The notes: generated by a model not told the origin, from the letters alone. DNA of 63,329 bases, filler included, from Cercozoa sp. M6MM (GCA_040357565.1; 7 parts of 7 records of this genome joined end to end with filler, not necessarily neighbours in it); one strand, 5' to 3'. Positions 41,438 through 55,699 are shown, counted from the whole stretch's first letter. Numbers and translations: made by a program.

Positions 41438-42935
41438 CTACGACTTCCACTCGTACGTGAACTGGTCCGGGGCATCTTTCCATCCTAGCAGACCCGCCAT
41501 ACTGCACTGTCATGCAATTTTCCTAAGCTAGCACATCTATGCACACGCTTAAGGCACTAATTTTTTTACAATTGTACTCCTGAGTGGAGAGCAAAGCGAC
41601 CATGATCGGTGATCATCTGTCATTCTGACAAAACTTGGACATTTGTGCGCCTTCACACATTTTTTTAAACACTCAAGTGGTGTCCAAAACTGGACACATA
41701 CGGAGAACTTTTCTTGAACTGTAAAGGAAGTAGTGCTGTGTTTGTTAGTTGCCACTTTTGAAAACGCGCCCTTAAAAAGCCAGAATAATAATAATATTGT
41801 TATTGTTTTGTGATGATCCCTTTCATTCGCGTGGAGCGTCTCTGTTGTTCCGCGCACATATTGAGTCGATTAAACTCAAGTCGCCCCATGATCCAAAGCG
41901 CAGTTCGGCGGAGTCTGTGCACGCGCCGCGGGTTTGGAGGTACCGATGCGTGTTTTTCGAACGAAGTTGTCCCGAAACTCAAATTGCTCTGCCAGCCGGA
42001 GAGGTCTTTTCGTCTTCGGAATCGCAGCGTGTGCAAATAAAATTCGACGACTGGCTCAATTATACGAATGACAAGCTGTCACAATACAAGATCCCGATCC
42101 TGTTCACATTCGGAGTCGAAAAGCGCGCAAAGGGTAAAACCGCGCTTTGATGTTTTTCCAGTGATGCTACTTGTTCTCCAATAGAGTTTTAAGAAACTCC
42201 TCAATAACAACCACGCTCTGAGTTTATTTTGGAGTTTTATTTTTTTGGTGTTTTGGCCAATGAAGGTACTTGTTCAAATATAGAGTTGGACGAGAAACTC
42301 ATACGTTCTGCGGAAGGTACAATATTCCTCGCTCGGGGTTCTCTTTGGTGATATCAAAGGGAACTTACGCGGGTTTGACAGAATCACAGAAGAAACTCCG
42401 AGAGTCGACCAATGGTACTATAAACTATAAACTTCTTGTCTTGTCTATGTCACAGTAACCAAAAGCATGTTCTGTGTGAACGTAGAATTCAAAACTGAAA
42501 TCAGGCCATTGTTTTTGGCCACCGCTCTCACGTCGAACGAGCGCCTTCAAGCTGTTAAACCCTCGAAGGTTCCAAACAGTACCTAGTTTAATCCTCTCCG
42601 TTATATAAATTTGTTGAGGAAACTTGAATTCGATGACAGGATCACTGGACCAAGAAGAAGTCGAGTATAACCGCCAGGCCAAACAGCCGAGTGAGTAGAA
42701 TCGCGCAGTACCAAAACATGCGATGTTATCAGGATACAGCCGAGCAAAAGAATGTCATTGAATTACTTTACAACAACCCCAACACGGGAACACTACCCTC
42801 CTCCGCAAAGGCGAGAATTTTAGGGGTTTATGGGCTGTTCGCTCGTCCTCACATCCTTTCGTCGCAGCTCAATGTTCGGTTGCTCACGTCAAAGTCGACT
42901 ATCCGTAAACCACAACATTGTGCCTGCGTCGCCAT
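41438..42935 (-). CDS. Hypothetical multi-exon protein
   Basis: Exon-like segments DPVIEFKFPQQIYITERIKL and LVIRIIEPVVEFYLHTLRF, and last exon WKDAPDQFTYEWKS*, with GT-AG flanks. Full model unresolved. Confidence 0.4.
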
Positions 42936-43065
42936 GCGATGCTTTTGATTGCGGCGATTAAACTTGTCTGCCAAGGAGATTGTTCGATGTTGACAGGAAC
43001 ATTATACGTTAATAGACGAAACGAGAAACAATCATTCAACTCGGACGGGGGGGGGGGGGGGGGAG

Positions 43066-43658
43066 CTACCGCAAGCCGTACGCGATGCTGACGAAGCACA
43101 TGTCGCAGCACCGCACGGGACGGGCCTCGTCCTGCACTCGAACGCGTTTCTGACTGCAGTCGCCGCACACCAGCATACCGCACAGCCGACTGTTCGGACT
43201 TACAAGTCGAATACGAGACGAAGAAGGAATAAATGAAACTGCACCAATGATGACGCCGTGAGAACCAGGCAAAGATAGAGTCGCAGGCTGGACACACTGC
43301 ACTGCTGGCATCGGGCTGCCACTGCTCGCGCGGAGTGCTCTCGGGCAAGGCGGAATCTGACAAAGCCAAGTTGAACTTATAGTGTAAAACAAATATCCCA
43401 AAAGACTGCAAACCGTCCTGCTCGCACTCGAGTTGCAGCCATGCACGCTGTCCAACCGATCGTTGCGACAGCGGCAATCGTTCGCCACTCCTGTTCGTTT
43501 TACGTTTTATTTTAATCAACAGCATTGCTTTATTCCGCTCAAAAGACGCAAGAAAATGCACCGACCAAAAGTTTCAGACTCGAGGCCGACCCGGGCACCC
43601 GCCATGAGCAGTGTGAGTGCTGACTCCTCACCCGAACACACTGTGCAATCTGGACATG

Positions 43659-43710
<52 letters not shown>

Positions 43711-43720
43711 NNNNNNNNNN

Positions 43721-43770
<50 letters not shown>

Positions 43771-44657
43771 TGATGGTTAAAGGGGAAGGAGTGGACATGC
43801 TACAATGCAAGGGCGTGCACATGTGGTCATCGCGAATGTTGGCACACGCGCCGTGTCGCAGCAGCAGCGAGACGCAGCTGCCAATACAAAAAACACACAA
43901 CATGTCGTCATACCACAGACCGAGCAAACGTAGGGGTACGACAGGGCGCCATGGCGTGCCGCCAGGTGCAAGGCTGTGGCACCGCATGGCGTCGTCTGAC
44001 ACAGCAGCGCGCGCTTGTCCTGCGGTGGGCAGTCTGCGCGGGGGGGGGGGGGGCAAAATGGAGTGGGGGATGAGGAAGAGACAGTACACTCCAGCAGAAA
44101 CTGCAGCGCGTTAGATCTCTCGTTGAGTGCAGCCACGTGGAGTGCCTACACAGAGGGTGATGGGGGGAAGGGGTTAAATGGGTAAGGAGATACCGTGCGG
44201 CCAGCGTGGTCACGCAGTTGTAGCACATGCCATAGCAGTCCCTTCACTGTGCACATACATACATACATACATACATACACACATACATACATACAACATA
44301 CATACATACATACATACACATGCAAAAGTACCATTGGACTGCTTGAGCACCTCCAAAAAGCAGCGCAGTATCCGCACGTCGGCCGTGTGTGCTGGGGTAA
44401 CAAAGGATCAGAGAGGTAGTGGGTGGGGGGGGGGTAAGACAAGAGTACCGGGTGCCTGTCGCGACTCGCCCACATCGACATTGAGTGTCTCACGTGCCAA
44501 CGCGACACTGTCCGGGAAGCTCACCTGTCTGACCAGGGGAGAGGTAAGGGTAGGGGGTAAGGGGTAGGGGTAGAGGGGTACAACTCCTCGTGCCGACAGC
44601 ATAGCCAGTGCAGAAACGGGCGACACCACGCGTCTTTCAAAACCACCAGTCTCCGAC
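43066..44657 (-). CDS. Ankyrin-repeat protein with a C-terminal FYVE zinc finger (5'-partial)
   Basis: GATALHLAARHG; LLRHGACANIRDDHMCTPLH; FYVE WQPD..CPAC..FSRRHHC|RLCGMLVCGDCS..VRCCDMCF; TAG at 43066. Confidence 0.9.
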
Positions 44658-44757
44658 NNNNNNNNNNNNNNNNNNNNNNNNNNNNNNNNNNNNNNNNNNN
44701 NTTAATTAATTAANNNNNNNNNNNNNNNNNNNNNNNNNNNNNNNNNNNNNNNNNNNN

Positions 44758-44800
<43 letters not shown>

Positions 44801-44828
44801 CTAGAGGTTCTGTGACTCCTGCCTTTAG

Positions 44829-46786
44829 GTGACCCGTTGGAGGTGGCAGCTTTCACGGCGGCCATGCGACAGCTCGGCGTTGCCGATGCTACGGTACTTA
44901 CCCCTCTCCCCCTCGCACCGCCTGTTCTCACCTTCCCTTCCCCCCGGCAGGTGCAGCAGGAATTGCAGCTCAACAAGGAGCTTAGCGAGCGGCTGGCCAA
45001 GTCAGGCAGTGCCAAGACAGGTACTGCTGCCTCGAACAACCCTGTCGGCGGAGGCACGCGACAGGAGCAGATGCGTGCACTGGCCGAGCGACAGCAGCAG
45101 CTGCAGCTGCGACTCAAGCAGAGCGACATGCGCGTGGTAACTTTGCCCTCCTTTACCCCTTTGCCCCCTTTGCCCCTTTACCCCCTTCCCTTTACCCCCC
45201 CCCCGTAGGCGGAAGCGCTGGAGCGCACGCAGCGCGGCATCGTGCAGCGTTTCGCGTTTGCGTCGGACCTTAAGCGCATGTGCTGCGTCGTGCACGTCGA
45301 CGCCGACCAGAAGGGCAAGGGCCTCTTCCTCTGCGTTGCCAAGGTATCTTGGTGAGGTGTAACGGGGGGAGGGGGTAAAGGGGGTAAGACTACGTCGGTG
45401 CGTGACGCAGGGCGCCGCGGAGACGATGAAACATCGCTTCGTCGACGCGCCCGTGGAGTACGACAGTCAGCACCAGTTGTACGAGCGACGTGGTACCTTT
45501 TGCACGTGGTCACTTGAGTAGTCATGGGTCTCACTTGGGTCACACGTGGCTAAACAGGTGCACGTGTGCTGGCACTGGGCGTGCGTGAACTCACTGCCAA
45601 GTACGCTTTCTTACTCCATGCCTACATACCTACCTACTACTGCCTACTGCCTAACTGGACAAGCTTGCTGTCGTGCAGGGAGGTGCAGCAGGCTCGTCGA
45701 GGAGAACTGCCGCGCGAAGTGGCCGAGTCCGAGCTGCACTTCTGTGGTGCCACTTAAGCCCCCTATCCCCTTACCCACCTTACCCACCTTACTCCCTTAC
45801 CCCCTTACCCCCTTACCCCCTTACCCCCTTACCCCCTTACCCCCTCGTGTGTGTGTGCAGGCTTCCTGACGCTAAAGTCGCCGCTCAAGGCAGGCACTCT
45901 GGAGACGGTGCGACAGGTAGCGAGTTCCTCCAGTCCCGCACGTGCCGAACACGTGTCGCAGTCGTGATGACGGTGTGACCCTGTGTATGTGTTCTGTGAT
46001 CGGTGCAGTTGAAGGAGTCGGCGCACCGTGTCGTCATGATCACTGGCGATCACGTACGCTGCTGCGTTTTCCCACCACGGGGTGAGGAGTAAAGGGGCAA
46101 TGTATGTTGCTGCGCAGCGACTGACGGCGTGTGCCGTTGCGCGTCGCCTGTGCATCGTGACGCGTCCCGTGGTCACGCTGCTGCCGGTAAAGTTTCGCAC
46201 GTCCGCGCGGACGCACTCTGTTGTGCGCACTCTAGTGTACGCACTCTGTTGCACGTGCGCAGGACGAGGACGGCACGGTGTCACTGGTCACTGAGGACGC
46301 ACATGGTACCGACTGCTGCCTCAAACCGTCCCAGTTGGCCCGTGTGACTCGTGGCTTGTGCAGGCGAGGAGGAGTCGTGTCAGGTGCTGTCGGACGTGCC
46401 GCAGCTTGTGCAGTGGTAGACTGGTGTTTATCTCCCCCGCCTCATTCCCTTATCCCCTTCCCCCCGGTAGGCACGAGAGTCACGACTTGTGTGTGACGGG
46501 CACGGCACTTGACAAACTGCTCGACGCCTCGTCGACTGCGTCCAGTGGTATTGGCTTTGCCCCCTCCCCGGCCCTTTACCCCCCCCCCCTGCAGACGTGT
46601 CGACGGTGAGCGAGTTGTGCGTGCGCGTGCTGCGACAGGCGCGTGTGTTCGCACGTGTTTCGCCTCGGCACAAGGGTACCTGTATCTATCTGTCTGGACC
46701 ACATCGCACCCTTAATGAAACTATGGTTTGGCTACACCTCTGCGCAGAGACCGTGCTGCGTGTGCTCAAGGAGCGCTGCAATCTGG
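44829..46786 (+). CDS. P5A-type ATPase (ATP13A1/Spf1-like), internal fragment
   Basis: GDPLEVA; RFAFASDLKRM; KGAAETM; RVLALG; ESELHFC|GFLTLKSPLK; HRVVMITGDH|RLTACAVA; VFARVSPRHK. Both ends cut by linkers. Confidence 0.9.
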
Positions 46787-46959
46787 TAGGCTCACTTTCT
46801 CCTGTTTACCCCCTGTTTACCCCCCCCCCCCNNNNNNNNNNNNNNNNNNNNNNNNNNNNNNNNNNNNNNNNNNNNTTAATTAATTAANNNNNNNNNNNNN
46901 NNNNNNNNNNNNNNNNNNNNNNNNNNNNNNNGGGGGGGGGGGGGTACAATGGGGGCAAG

Positions 46960-47414
46960 CAGGTAAATGTACCCCTTCAGACGTGCAGTGGAAGGACCGA
47001 GTGTTGCGCTCCTGATGCAGGTGCAACAGGTTCAACACCTGCGGCATCACCTGCCGCCTGCAACATACAATGCATATGCGTATATACAGAGATCCCAAGT
47101 GATCAATATACATGTGCATAACTGTACATGATGAAGCGGTCCTTGAGATTGCGCAGTGCCGCGAAAGAGATGATCTTTACCCCCAGTACACATCGAGACA
47201 TGTGGAGACACTCACTGATAAAGGGGAAGCAGGAGGAAGCTACCACGAAACGAGCACGCAGCATTGCAAAGCCCTTGATGCGTGCCTGTACAATATACTT
47301 GCATACTTATATATCTTAATAAATATGTATCCTCATGTCTATGTAAACATGCATCTATGTATATGTATAAATGAGTATACATAGAGAGGTAGGGAGATAG
47401 ATTGATATATACTG

Positions 47415-47457
<43 letters not shown>

Positions 47458-48306
47458 ATATATACAGACAAAAGCACATGCGAACGCGGCTTGGCGCACA
47501 CCACGACGGCATCTTCGCGCTCGCCGCCTGGAGGCATAGCAAGGTATAGGGGTAAAGGGGCAGTATAGGAGTATAGGGGTATCAGGAGTATAGGGTACAC
47601 GACTTGGACAGCAGGCGACGGCACTCGACCTCCCTGCACAGACATGTCAAAGGTAGGGTCCCTGGGACAGGATAGGGCACAAGGTACCACTGGGCACACA
47701 GGTGGGACGGACACAGCACCAGTGTGGCCTGTCATAGACACAAAGACAAACATACATACACACAGGTAGGTACTGTAGCCACAGGGAGGTACATCACTGC
47801 GCAGACGCAGCATGGTTGTCTCGTCTGTATGCACACACACAACACATATAGTCTTGTCTGCGTATAGATAGAGACATACACAAGGTATGTGTATGTGTGT
47901 GTATACCCTGCTTGGTGTTGACGATGCACATGAGATGTCCCAGAGTCTCCTGCTGCTTGTTCCTAGAGATACACTTGCCTTCCCCCATACAAAGTACTCC
48001 ATATTGAGTACTCTGACAGGAAGAGATTAAGGCTACGTCGCATCCAACACACGTCGACCACTCGGCTGCAGCTGTGCGTCCTCGTTGGACTCGTCTCTGG
48101 GGGGGCGGTAAGGGTATGACGGGGTGGGGTAAGGGTATGACGGGGTGGGGTAAGGGTATGACGGGTGGGGGTAAACATGCATATAAACACACCGCTCGGC
48201 CGGCCGGTGGTCCTGCAGCGCGCACAGCGCCAGCAACTGCGCCGTCTTGCCGAGACCGACCTGGTCGCACAGCAGACCGCCCGGCAGTCCACTACGGCAG
48301 ATATGC

Positions 48307-48339
<33 letters not shown>

Positions 48340-48903
48340 GGTATATATGTAGTATACACATGAGTGACGAGACTGTCGGCGTGGATGAGTACCTGTGCCG
48401 TGGTATATAGGAGGATAAACAGGGGGTAAAGAGATGGGTAAAGAGGGAGGTAAAGAGGGTGCTAGATACGCCGCGGTAGGCATCGGCGACAAAGTTAAGC
48501 GGCACGCCGCGTCGCAACGCAACGTCGTCCTTAAGGTGCTGTGTGTATGCACATACATACATACATACATATATACATGCAACATACATACACAGACATA
48601 AATACACACATACGGACACAGTAATACCAACATGCGAGGGAGACACCGACGTCCGGTGAGAGGCGACAAGCCACTGCACATACATATACAGGTTAGGAAA
48701 GAAGGCTAACGGGAGGGGGGGGGGGGAGTAAAGGGGACAGTAACCTGACCAAGTCGACAGCAACGCGACTGTCTCGCTCCTGTTGCACACATGCAAACAT
48801 GCATGTATATATGCGTGTATATATGTGTGTATAGTAAGAACCCGACGCAACATGGCGGCGATGTTGTGACGCTGCACACATGGAAACACATACATAGATA
48901 CTC

Positions 48904-48974
<71 letters not shown>

Positions 48975-49766
48975 GATGCATTCATATATAGAGATACAGA
49001 CACATGCATGCATAACTGCAGACATAAACACCATAAACACGCAGCTGAAATATACATATAAGGACAGCAACTACCTGGTAATCAAAGAACTGCCACTTGT
49101 CGGGGAACTCCTGGCTCAGTCTGCAGATGCGACACAAGGGGTACACACGAGGTGTACACAGGTCAGAGGTAGGAACACACAGGTCCACGAGATTGTCAGG
49201 CAAGTCGGCGTGTCGTTCCAGGATACTGCTGCACAGGGTGAGAGGAGGAAGGGGTTATATTAGTACCTACAAGTGTACACACATGCACATATGCACACAC
49301 CTCGACCGACGCAGTAGCGGCGGTTGTTCCGACTGCACATACTCAAGACAGTAGGGAGGCTACCCACATACGGGGTATGGTAAGGGGTATACGGCAGGCA
49401 TGTCGCCGACGTGATCGGCCGCCGTATGAGTGCTATCGTCCTGTATATATATATATATATATATGTACGTCTACAATAGCAACAACGATACCTCGATCTC
49501 CAGTGGCCACAGTTTCTTGTCGTTAGTCTCCTGTTGTGACAACCCAGTATACTCTCATACCTTCTTTACCCCCCTGCATTAGCCAAGAGAGTGAGAGGCA
49601 AGATACGCTGCTGACGAAGAAGGACTGCAGGCTGTGCATCATCTACATAGCACACACACATACACCATACATACATAGATACATACATACACATGCATAC
49701 ATAGAAATGTTCTATGCCTACCTCGGTCTCCTCCAGCAGAGGCTCGGCACTGCCGGCTTCAAGGCA

Positions 49767-49817
<51 letters not shown>

Positions 49818-49827
49818 NNNNNNNNNN

Positions 49828-49876
<49 letters not shown>

Positions 49877-50425
49877 GCACACACACACGTGTACATACGC
49901 GCACACATGCACACGTATAATAGGAGTACGACGCGACAGGTCGGCCTTGGACAGCAGGTCCAGCAGCACGTATCGCTGACACAGCTTGTGCACATCCAAG
50001 CACTCGCTGCCGTCTACATATATACGTACATACAAACATACATACAAATACACATGGACACATAAAAGTGAATGCAGTGTACGGGTGAAAAAGACGCGCA
50101 GCAGAGCGGTCGACATCACGCTTTTCTGAAAGGAGGCACACACACAAAGAAACCTCTTACCCTACACAAAGACCCCCCAGTACAAGTAAAGTCACCACGG
50201 CAGCTCGGTGGTCGTTGAGGCCAATAAAGCCAAAAGCACGACGGTTGCCATTGAGCCATGCGGTCGAGAAGGTCGGTCCATTTGACCTCTACCCAGCATA
50301 CAACATAGAGGGAGACAGCATAGAGATAAACAACAAATGTCTAGGCAAGACAGTAGTCGATTAGACAGAGGTAGGTACAGGGTACGTGTAAATGGTGTCG
50401 CTCAGAGAACGGTTGACCTTCGGCT
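46960..50425 (-). CDS. SNF2-family (Rad5/SHPRH-like) ATPase, fragment
   Basis: Q-motif FFDYQ|RHNIAAMLRR|E and motif I GGLLCDQVGLGKTAQLLAL. The rest is cut by linkers. Confidence 0.75.
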
Positions 50426-50471
50426 ACAAAGGAAGGTTTCCATGCACATACACACAGAACAAAGGCAGGAC

Positions 50472-50520
<49 letters not shown>

Positions 50521-51526
50521 NNNNNNNNNNNNNNNNNNNNNNNNNNNNNNNNNNNNNNNNNNNNTTAATTAATTAANNNNNNNNNNNNNNNNNNNNNNNN
50601 NNNNNNNNNNNNNNNNNNNNCACTTCGCTCGGAGTGCGTGCCAATCCCAACGCAAGTCCACAACCCCAAAGCGGTACATTTCCGCACCATTCCACTGTGA
50701 AAAAATCTCAAACCTTCCCCAAAACAAAAAAGAACACGACAACGTTAAATACTGTGGACAGCTACCTCAACAGTGTGGCACCCGCACGAAGAATGTTGAG
50801 CAAATATTTGAAGCTATTGCTGACGCTCCTATCAATTTTGTCAGTTGAACTCTGCATTCCGGTGTTCTCGACCGGCGCACCTATGTCGGAATCGTCGCCT
50901 GCATCCTTTTCTGTTCATACAAATCACAGAACTCGCAATCGTAGCACGCTACATGCCGCATCAGAGGTGATGCTACGAAACCCTGTGGCCACACACACTG
51001 CGGATGCTTGTCCGCCGGGCCTGCTGCATGCTGCGCGGAACGGCTAGGTGTTCGGCTCAAACGAATGATACCATCAGCGTTCCTGCTTGGTTTGTGCATG
51101 TATTTTGGCCCAAGATTTTAAACCGCATAAAGTGCACTCCCGACTAAGCCGGAAGCTACCAACACGACTGGGTACGCAGTCATGCTGCATTAATCGTGCT
51201 TCCGTGTTCAATTTGGACAGTAATTCCGGGAATCACCACTTAAAATTTAGTTCCCGGAAACGGGCTGTTAGTTCCGGGAATCAGGATGTTGGGGTATCGT
51301 TTAAAAGTTAAAAGCATCCCAGGGGGGGGGGGGGTACAGTAACTACCTAAACCTACCAGACACCCAAGGGGCAAATAAATAGGTCCGTCAACTGAAGGAA
51401 CTGATACTCCGGAAAGTTCACAACGCCCCACAGTCGAGTAATCCGGGGCATATCCCTCAAGTTAGTTCTGTACTACGGTAACCGAACTCTCGTCCGACGC
51501 AGTCATGTCACGTCAGAATGACGCCG

Positions 51527-53000
51527 CTACTCAGGCTGGAGCTTCCGTGCGTGGGCAGCGTGCTCGTCGCGCAGATCGTTAAGTAGCGGCAGCCACTCGT
51601 TCCAGTGCTGGCGCAGTCTTTTGTTGGTGGCGCCACCTTCCACTGCACACACACCCAGGACATACAAGTTGTCTACCATCGATCAAGAAGACAAGCGAAC
51701 ATACAAATGCGCATCAGGAGTCGCCTCAGACTGCGCTCGGCTTCGGCGTCGCTGGCAGAGGCCCTGTCGTTTTCGGTAGAAGAATTCAGAAGCTGCCGCG
51801 GCGACAGGAGCCAGTCGTCGTCGTTGTCTCGTTGTGCCTGTCCAACCCAACAACAACACACAGTGTACTGAGAAGACGGGACAGTGCACACCTGACAGAG
51901 TAGTGTGCACCATCTCCAGCAGCACACTGTCGAGTGCGTAGAGCGGCGCCAGCGGCAGCATGAGGTCGCAGCGTGCGTCGTCGGCATCGTCAGGCTGCTG
52001 TCGGTGCAGCGCCTTCTGCGAGGCACTCTTGCGCCACAGCACGCGCGGCAGGTGCAGCATCGGACACGCCAGCACACTGGGTGTCTATGAATACATTCAG
52101 ATGTGCGACTATCTGTACTATACTTCTCAATACAAACGTACATGCGAGTAGGGCGGCTCGTCGACTGGCACAACGCGTGCCGAGGTCGCGGACGACGAGG
52201 CACCCAAAACATCGTACGCGTACTCCCTGGCACGTGTCAACACTGCCTCTCAAAGGTACCACATTAGTTAAATCCACCCTGTAGGTATGTGAAAATAGGG
52301 TGCTACACTTGAATACTCGCTTCTCGTCCTCAATGACAAAGTGTCGAGCCAACTAAGAAAACACATAGCATGTGTGTGTGTGTATGTGGGTGTGTATGTG
52401 TGTGTACAGACAGAGGAAGAGTACCGTGTCTGGTGCGCTGGAGTTGCCGTCGAAAGCGGTCACGTAATCCTCGTCATCTTCGTCAGTGTCATCGTCGTGC
52501 AGCGCGTAATCGTCGTCGTAGTCAGCAGTCGTAGCATCCGCAACTTTAGCAGCAGCAGCTTTAGCAGCAGCAGCGTTGGCAGCAGCTTCAGCAGCCGCAC
52601 GTCGCAGCTGCTTGGAGTGATCGCTCGGATGCCACAGGATCTGCGACACCTGCGCCTCTGGCACCTCACTGAGCTGTCGCTTGTGCGCAAAGTCACGCGG
52701 CACCAGCACCTTGAACTCAGCCGGCACTAATACCACACAAACATACACACATCTACACAGATAGTACATTGAGTGTACCCAGAGGTGACGCAAACAACAA
52801 GGCCAGCGTGTACTACGTACGATATATACGATAATATATATATATATATATATAGGCACGGGAGATAAAAAGAGGAGGACACACCCAATCGTCGGCAGCC
52901 AGGGCGACGGTGCAGATGTAGTTGCACGCCTGCACACTCAGTGTGTCGCTGTGCCCGTTGAGGAAGACGACTCGCGGCGACAGAAGCAGCAGCAGCGTTG
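51527..53000 (-). CDS. Hypothetical protein, 3' part, with Ala-rich and Asp-rich tracts
   Basis: Consecutive GT-AG exons (VPAEFKVLVPRDF...AAAEAAANAAAAK...DYDDDY...). Last exon ends LRDEHAAHARKLQPE*. Confidence 0.6.
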
Positions 53001-53156
53001 NNNNNNNNNNNNNNNNNNNNNNNNNNNNNNNNNNNNNNNNNNNNTTAATTAATTAANNNNNNNNNNNNNNNNNNNNNNNNNNNNNNNNNNNNNNNNNNNN
53101 CCCCCCTCACTCCCCTTTTACCCCCCTCACCCCCTTTATTACCCTCGTTTTGCGAG

Positions 53157-53825
53157 GGCACCTTCAAGGCAGGTTATTCAGTGTGTTGTCTGCAGAAATG
53201 GGAGGCAGTGAAGCAGGTGCTGGAGATGCAGTTGAACTCGCCGTTGGCAAGATACTTAATCGAAATAATGCTAAACTCCATGCAGCCGACGAGGCCCAAG
53301 GTATCTGCTGCATACCTGTGCCAGACCGCAGCCTGTTCTATGAGCCACGGCGACGTCTTCGGTGATACGGGGCGACGCATCGGTACCGGTTTGATTATCC
53401 ATGTTCGTCTAGCGATGTACCTTGCCAACGGCGAGTTCAATGCGCTCAAACGGCACCTGCTTCACTATATACCACTTCTTTGTACGATAGCTTCGTCGCC
53501 GACTTGTGCAAACGTTTGGATTTCAACCCAGCCGTGCGTCGTCCTGACACAAGGTGCCCCCCCCGCGAAACGCGCTCGCTCTTCGCGCAAGAAGCGGCGC
53601 CAATGTACAAGGTACATCTGTCTTTAATTCCTTTTGTGTCCACTATATCATGCTGTGTCTTGCAATATTGGTCAATTTTATCATGAGCGGAGCCAGCCAA
53701 CGAAACGAAATGCACCAGTGGCATGTACCGCAGACGGATATCCGCTCAACCTTGGACACACGACCGGATCCGGACAGCACACCGCGATCGAATTCGAGGG
53801 CATTGTTGAAAGCGTGTCGAATTAG
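53157..53825 (+). CDS. Hypothetical protein, 3' fragment
   Basis: A C-rich intron end precedes an open frame KWEAVKQVLEMQLNSPL.... Splice model ambiguous; convergent with otubain. Confidence 0.4.
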
Positions 53826-54139
53826 TAAAGTACGTCGAAGTGTCCAGGGCTATAACACTCACGTAGGTTCCAGAAGAGAAGATGAACGGGAAGCCAAACG
53901 ATCTTGCTTACCGGTACAGCAGAGTCACTGGGTTGTGCGCAGCTTCGTCGACCTCAATGCGGTGGTTGTTGAGTCCGCCGGCGGAGTTATCCACCTGCGT
54001 CCCGTCGAGCAAAATGAGATGGAATGTCACAACTTTGGGCGAGTGTTGAACATACATATTCGACCAAGAGCGGCACACGGAGAATGCGTGCAAGTGCGAT
54101 GCACTGTGATATAGAAACGCAGTGTGCTGTTAAACTCAA

Positions 54140-54198
<59 letters not shown>

Positions 54199-55368
54199 TC
54201 TACCATGAGATGGTCTGCTTCTCGGTTCGGCACCTCAATTTGGGTCTCTGTTGGGAAGAACACAACGCATACAAAGGACACCGGTCACGCAGAGCAATCG
54301 CACGACAGAACACGTCGATAGGCAATCCATCGGACACGTAAGCCTACAAACACAATGCGCAGGATATTGCGAGAGTGTCGTAACAAATTCAGTGATGCAA
54401 AGGCACCTGGAACTCGTCGCAGTTGAGTCGCAGGAAAGCGCTGGCCAGAAAGCGCGCGTACTGCACGACGCAGTCGCTCGTTCCTTGCTCGCGGAAGTTC
54501 TGCAAAACAAGGTGGTTGAAATATAAAGGTAGCGGTAGCCACTCCAACAAGCAAATATACGCAAGGATACCTCCAGCAAAACCTCAGCGGCCTTTTCTTG
54601 TGGAGCAGAGATCAGTCGATCGCACAACTCCACCGCTTCCTCCCAAAACTGTGCCACATATACCAAAGATATACTCAATAAGAACGAGCAATGCACCATT
54701 TCAATGCCGATATCCGGGAGACCGGCGGCAAGCACAAGGTCCTTGCTCTCGTGGAGTTGTTGCCTCCACTGCGTCATTGTGCCACGCTGCAGGTTCGACC
54801 TGGGAAACAATCAACATGCATGACATGTCTTTGTGCATGCTTGAGCACACGACATACTCGTAGAGTGCGAACATGCAGGCACGGTAGAAACAATTGCCGT
54901 CTCTGCGAACCGCTCGGTACTGTGTGTACTTTGTTCTGCACATTGATAAAGCACGTAACTAGACACAAGCACAATGCTGTCTCAACAAAGATGTCGTGGT
55001 ACTGTGCTTCGCTGAGTTTGCGAAGAAAAGTCACGTTGCCGGCAAAGTCACCCTCAAGTTTTGATAAAGGCTACGGAATACCATAAGTGGCGGCTAGCTT
55101 CAAACAAATCTGCAACACAGAGCGAAAAGCACGCGATACCTGAGCATCCTCGACCAGCTTTGATGAGGCCACGATTGCAGCCTGTGTACACAGCAGTCAG
55201 ATGATAGAAAGGTTTCAGGTCCGAGTGAGAGCACCCACTTTAAGAGCATCCTCCTGCGCCTGGATGGCGCTATCTGCACACATCAAAAATACAAGCACAA
55301 CAGCAACACAACTGAACTTGCAAAGCGAAGAGAGCACCGTTGATTTCAGCACGCCACTGTTCGCTCAT
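53822..55368 (-). CDS. OTUB1: Otubain (peptidase C65 OTU deubiquitinase)
   Basis: YRAVRRDGNCFYRA; SDCVVQYARFLASAFL; IEVPNREADHL; C-terminal LLYR|PGHFDVLY*. Confidence 0.93.
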
Positions 55369-55699
55369 TGTCACCAAAAGTTAAATTAAATTTGTTTTCG
55401 TGCCCAGCAGCGTCGGTGCTGCGACGATTAGTGTTTTTATTTTGTATTTCTTTATTTTGCGCTGTTTTGCCGAAAACGGCCAATCGTGAATATAAATTAC
55501 CTGCTGACGGTCGAGCAGAAATGGGCATAAACAATCCTGTTGTGCGGCTTCCTGGTTTGAGGACAGCTCTCTGTTGTCAAATATAGTGTACAGCGAACAC
55601 GTCCCCGATTGATTGAGATCTCGTTGAAGTGACTTCCGCGGTTCAGGACCGTCGAAAACATGCAGCAAAATCAACCGTTGCTCGAGGTACATTTGCTCT

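Noticed and set aside
46040-46130. TGDH instead of TGDN in the P5A ATPase
   Set aside because: TGDH occurs in other active P-type ATPases, so it is not evidence of a new function.
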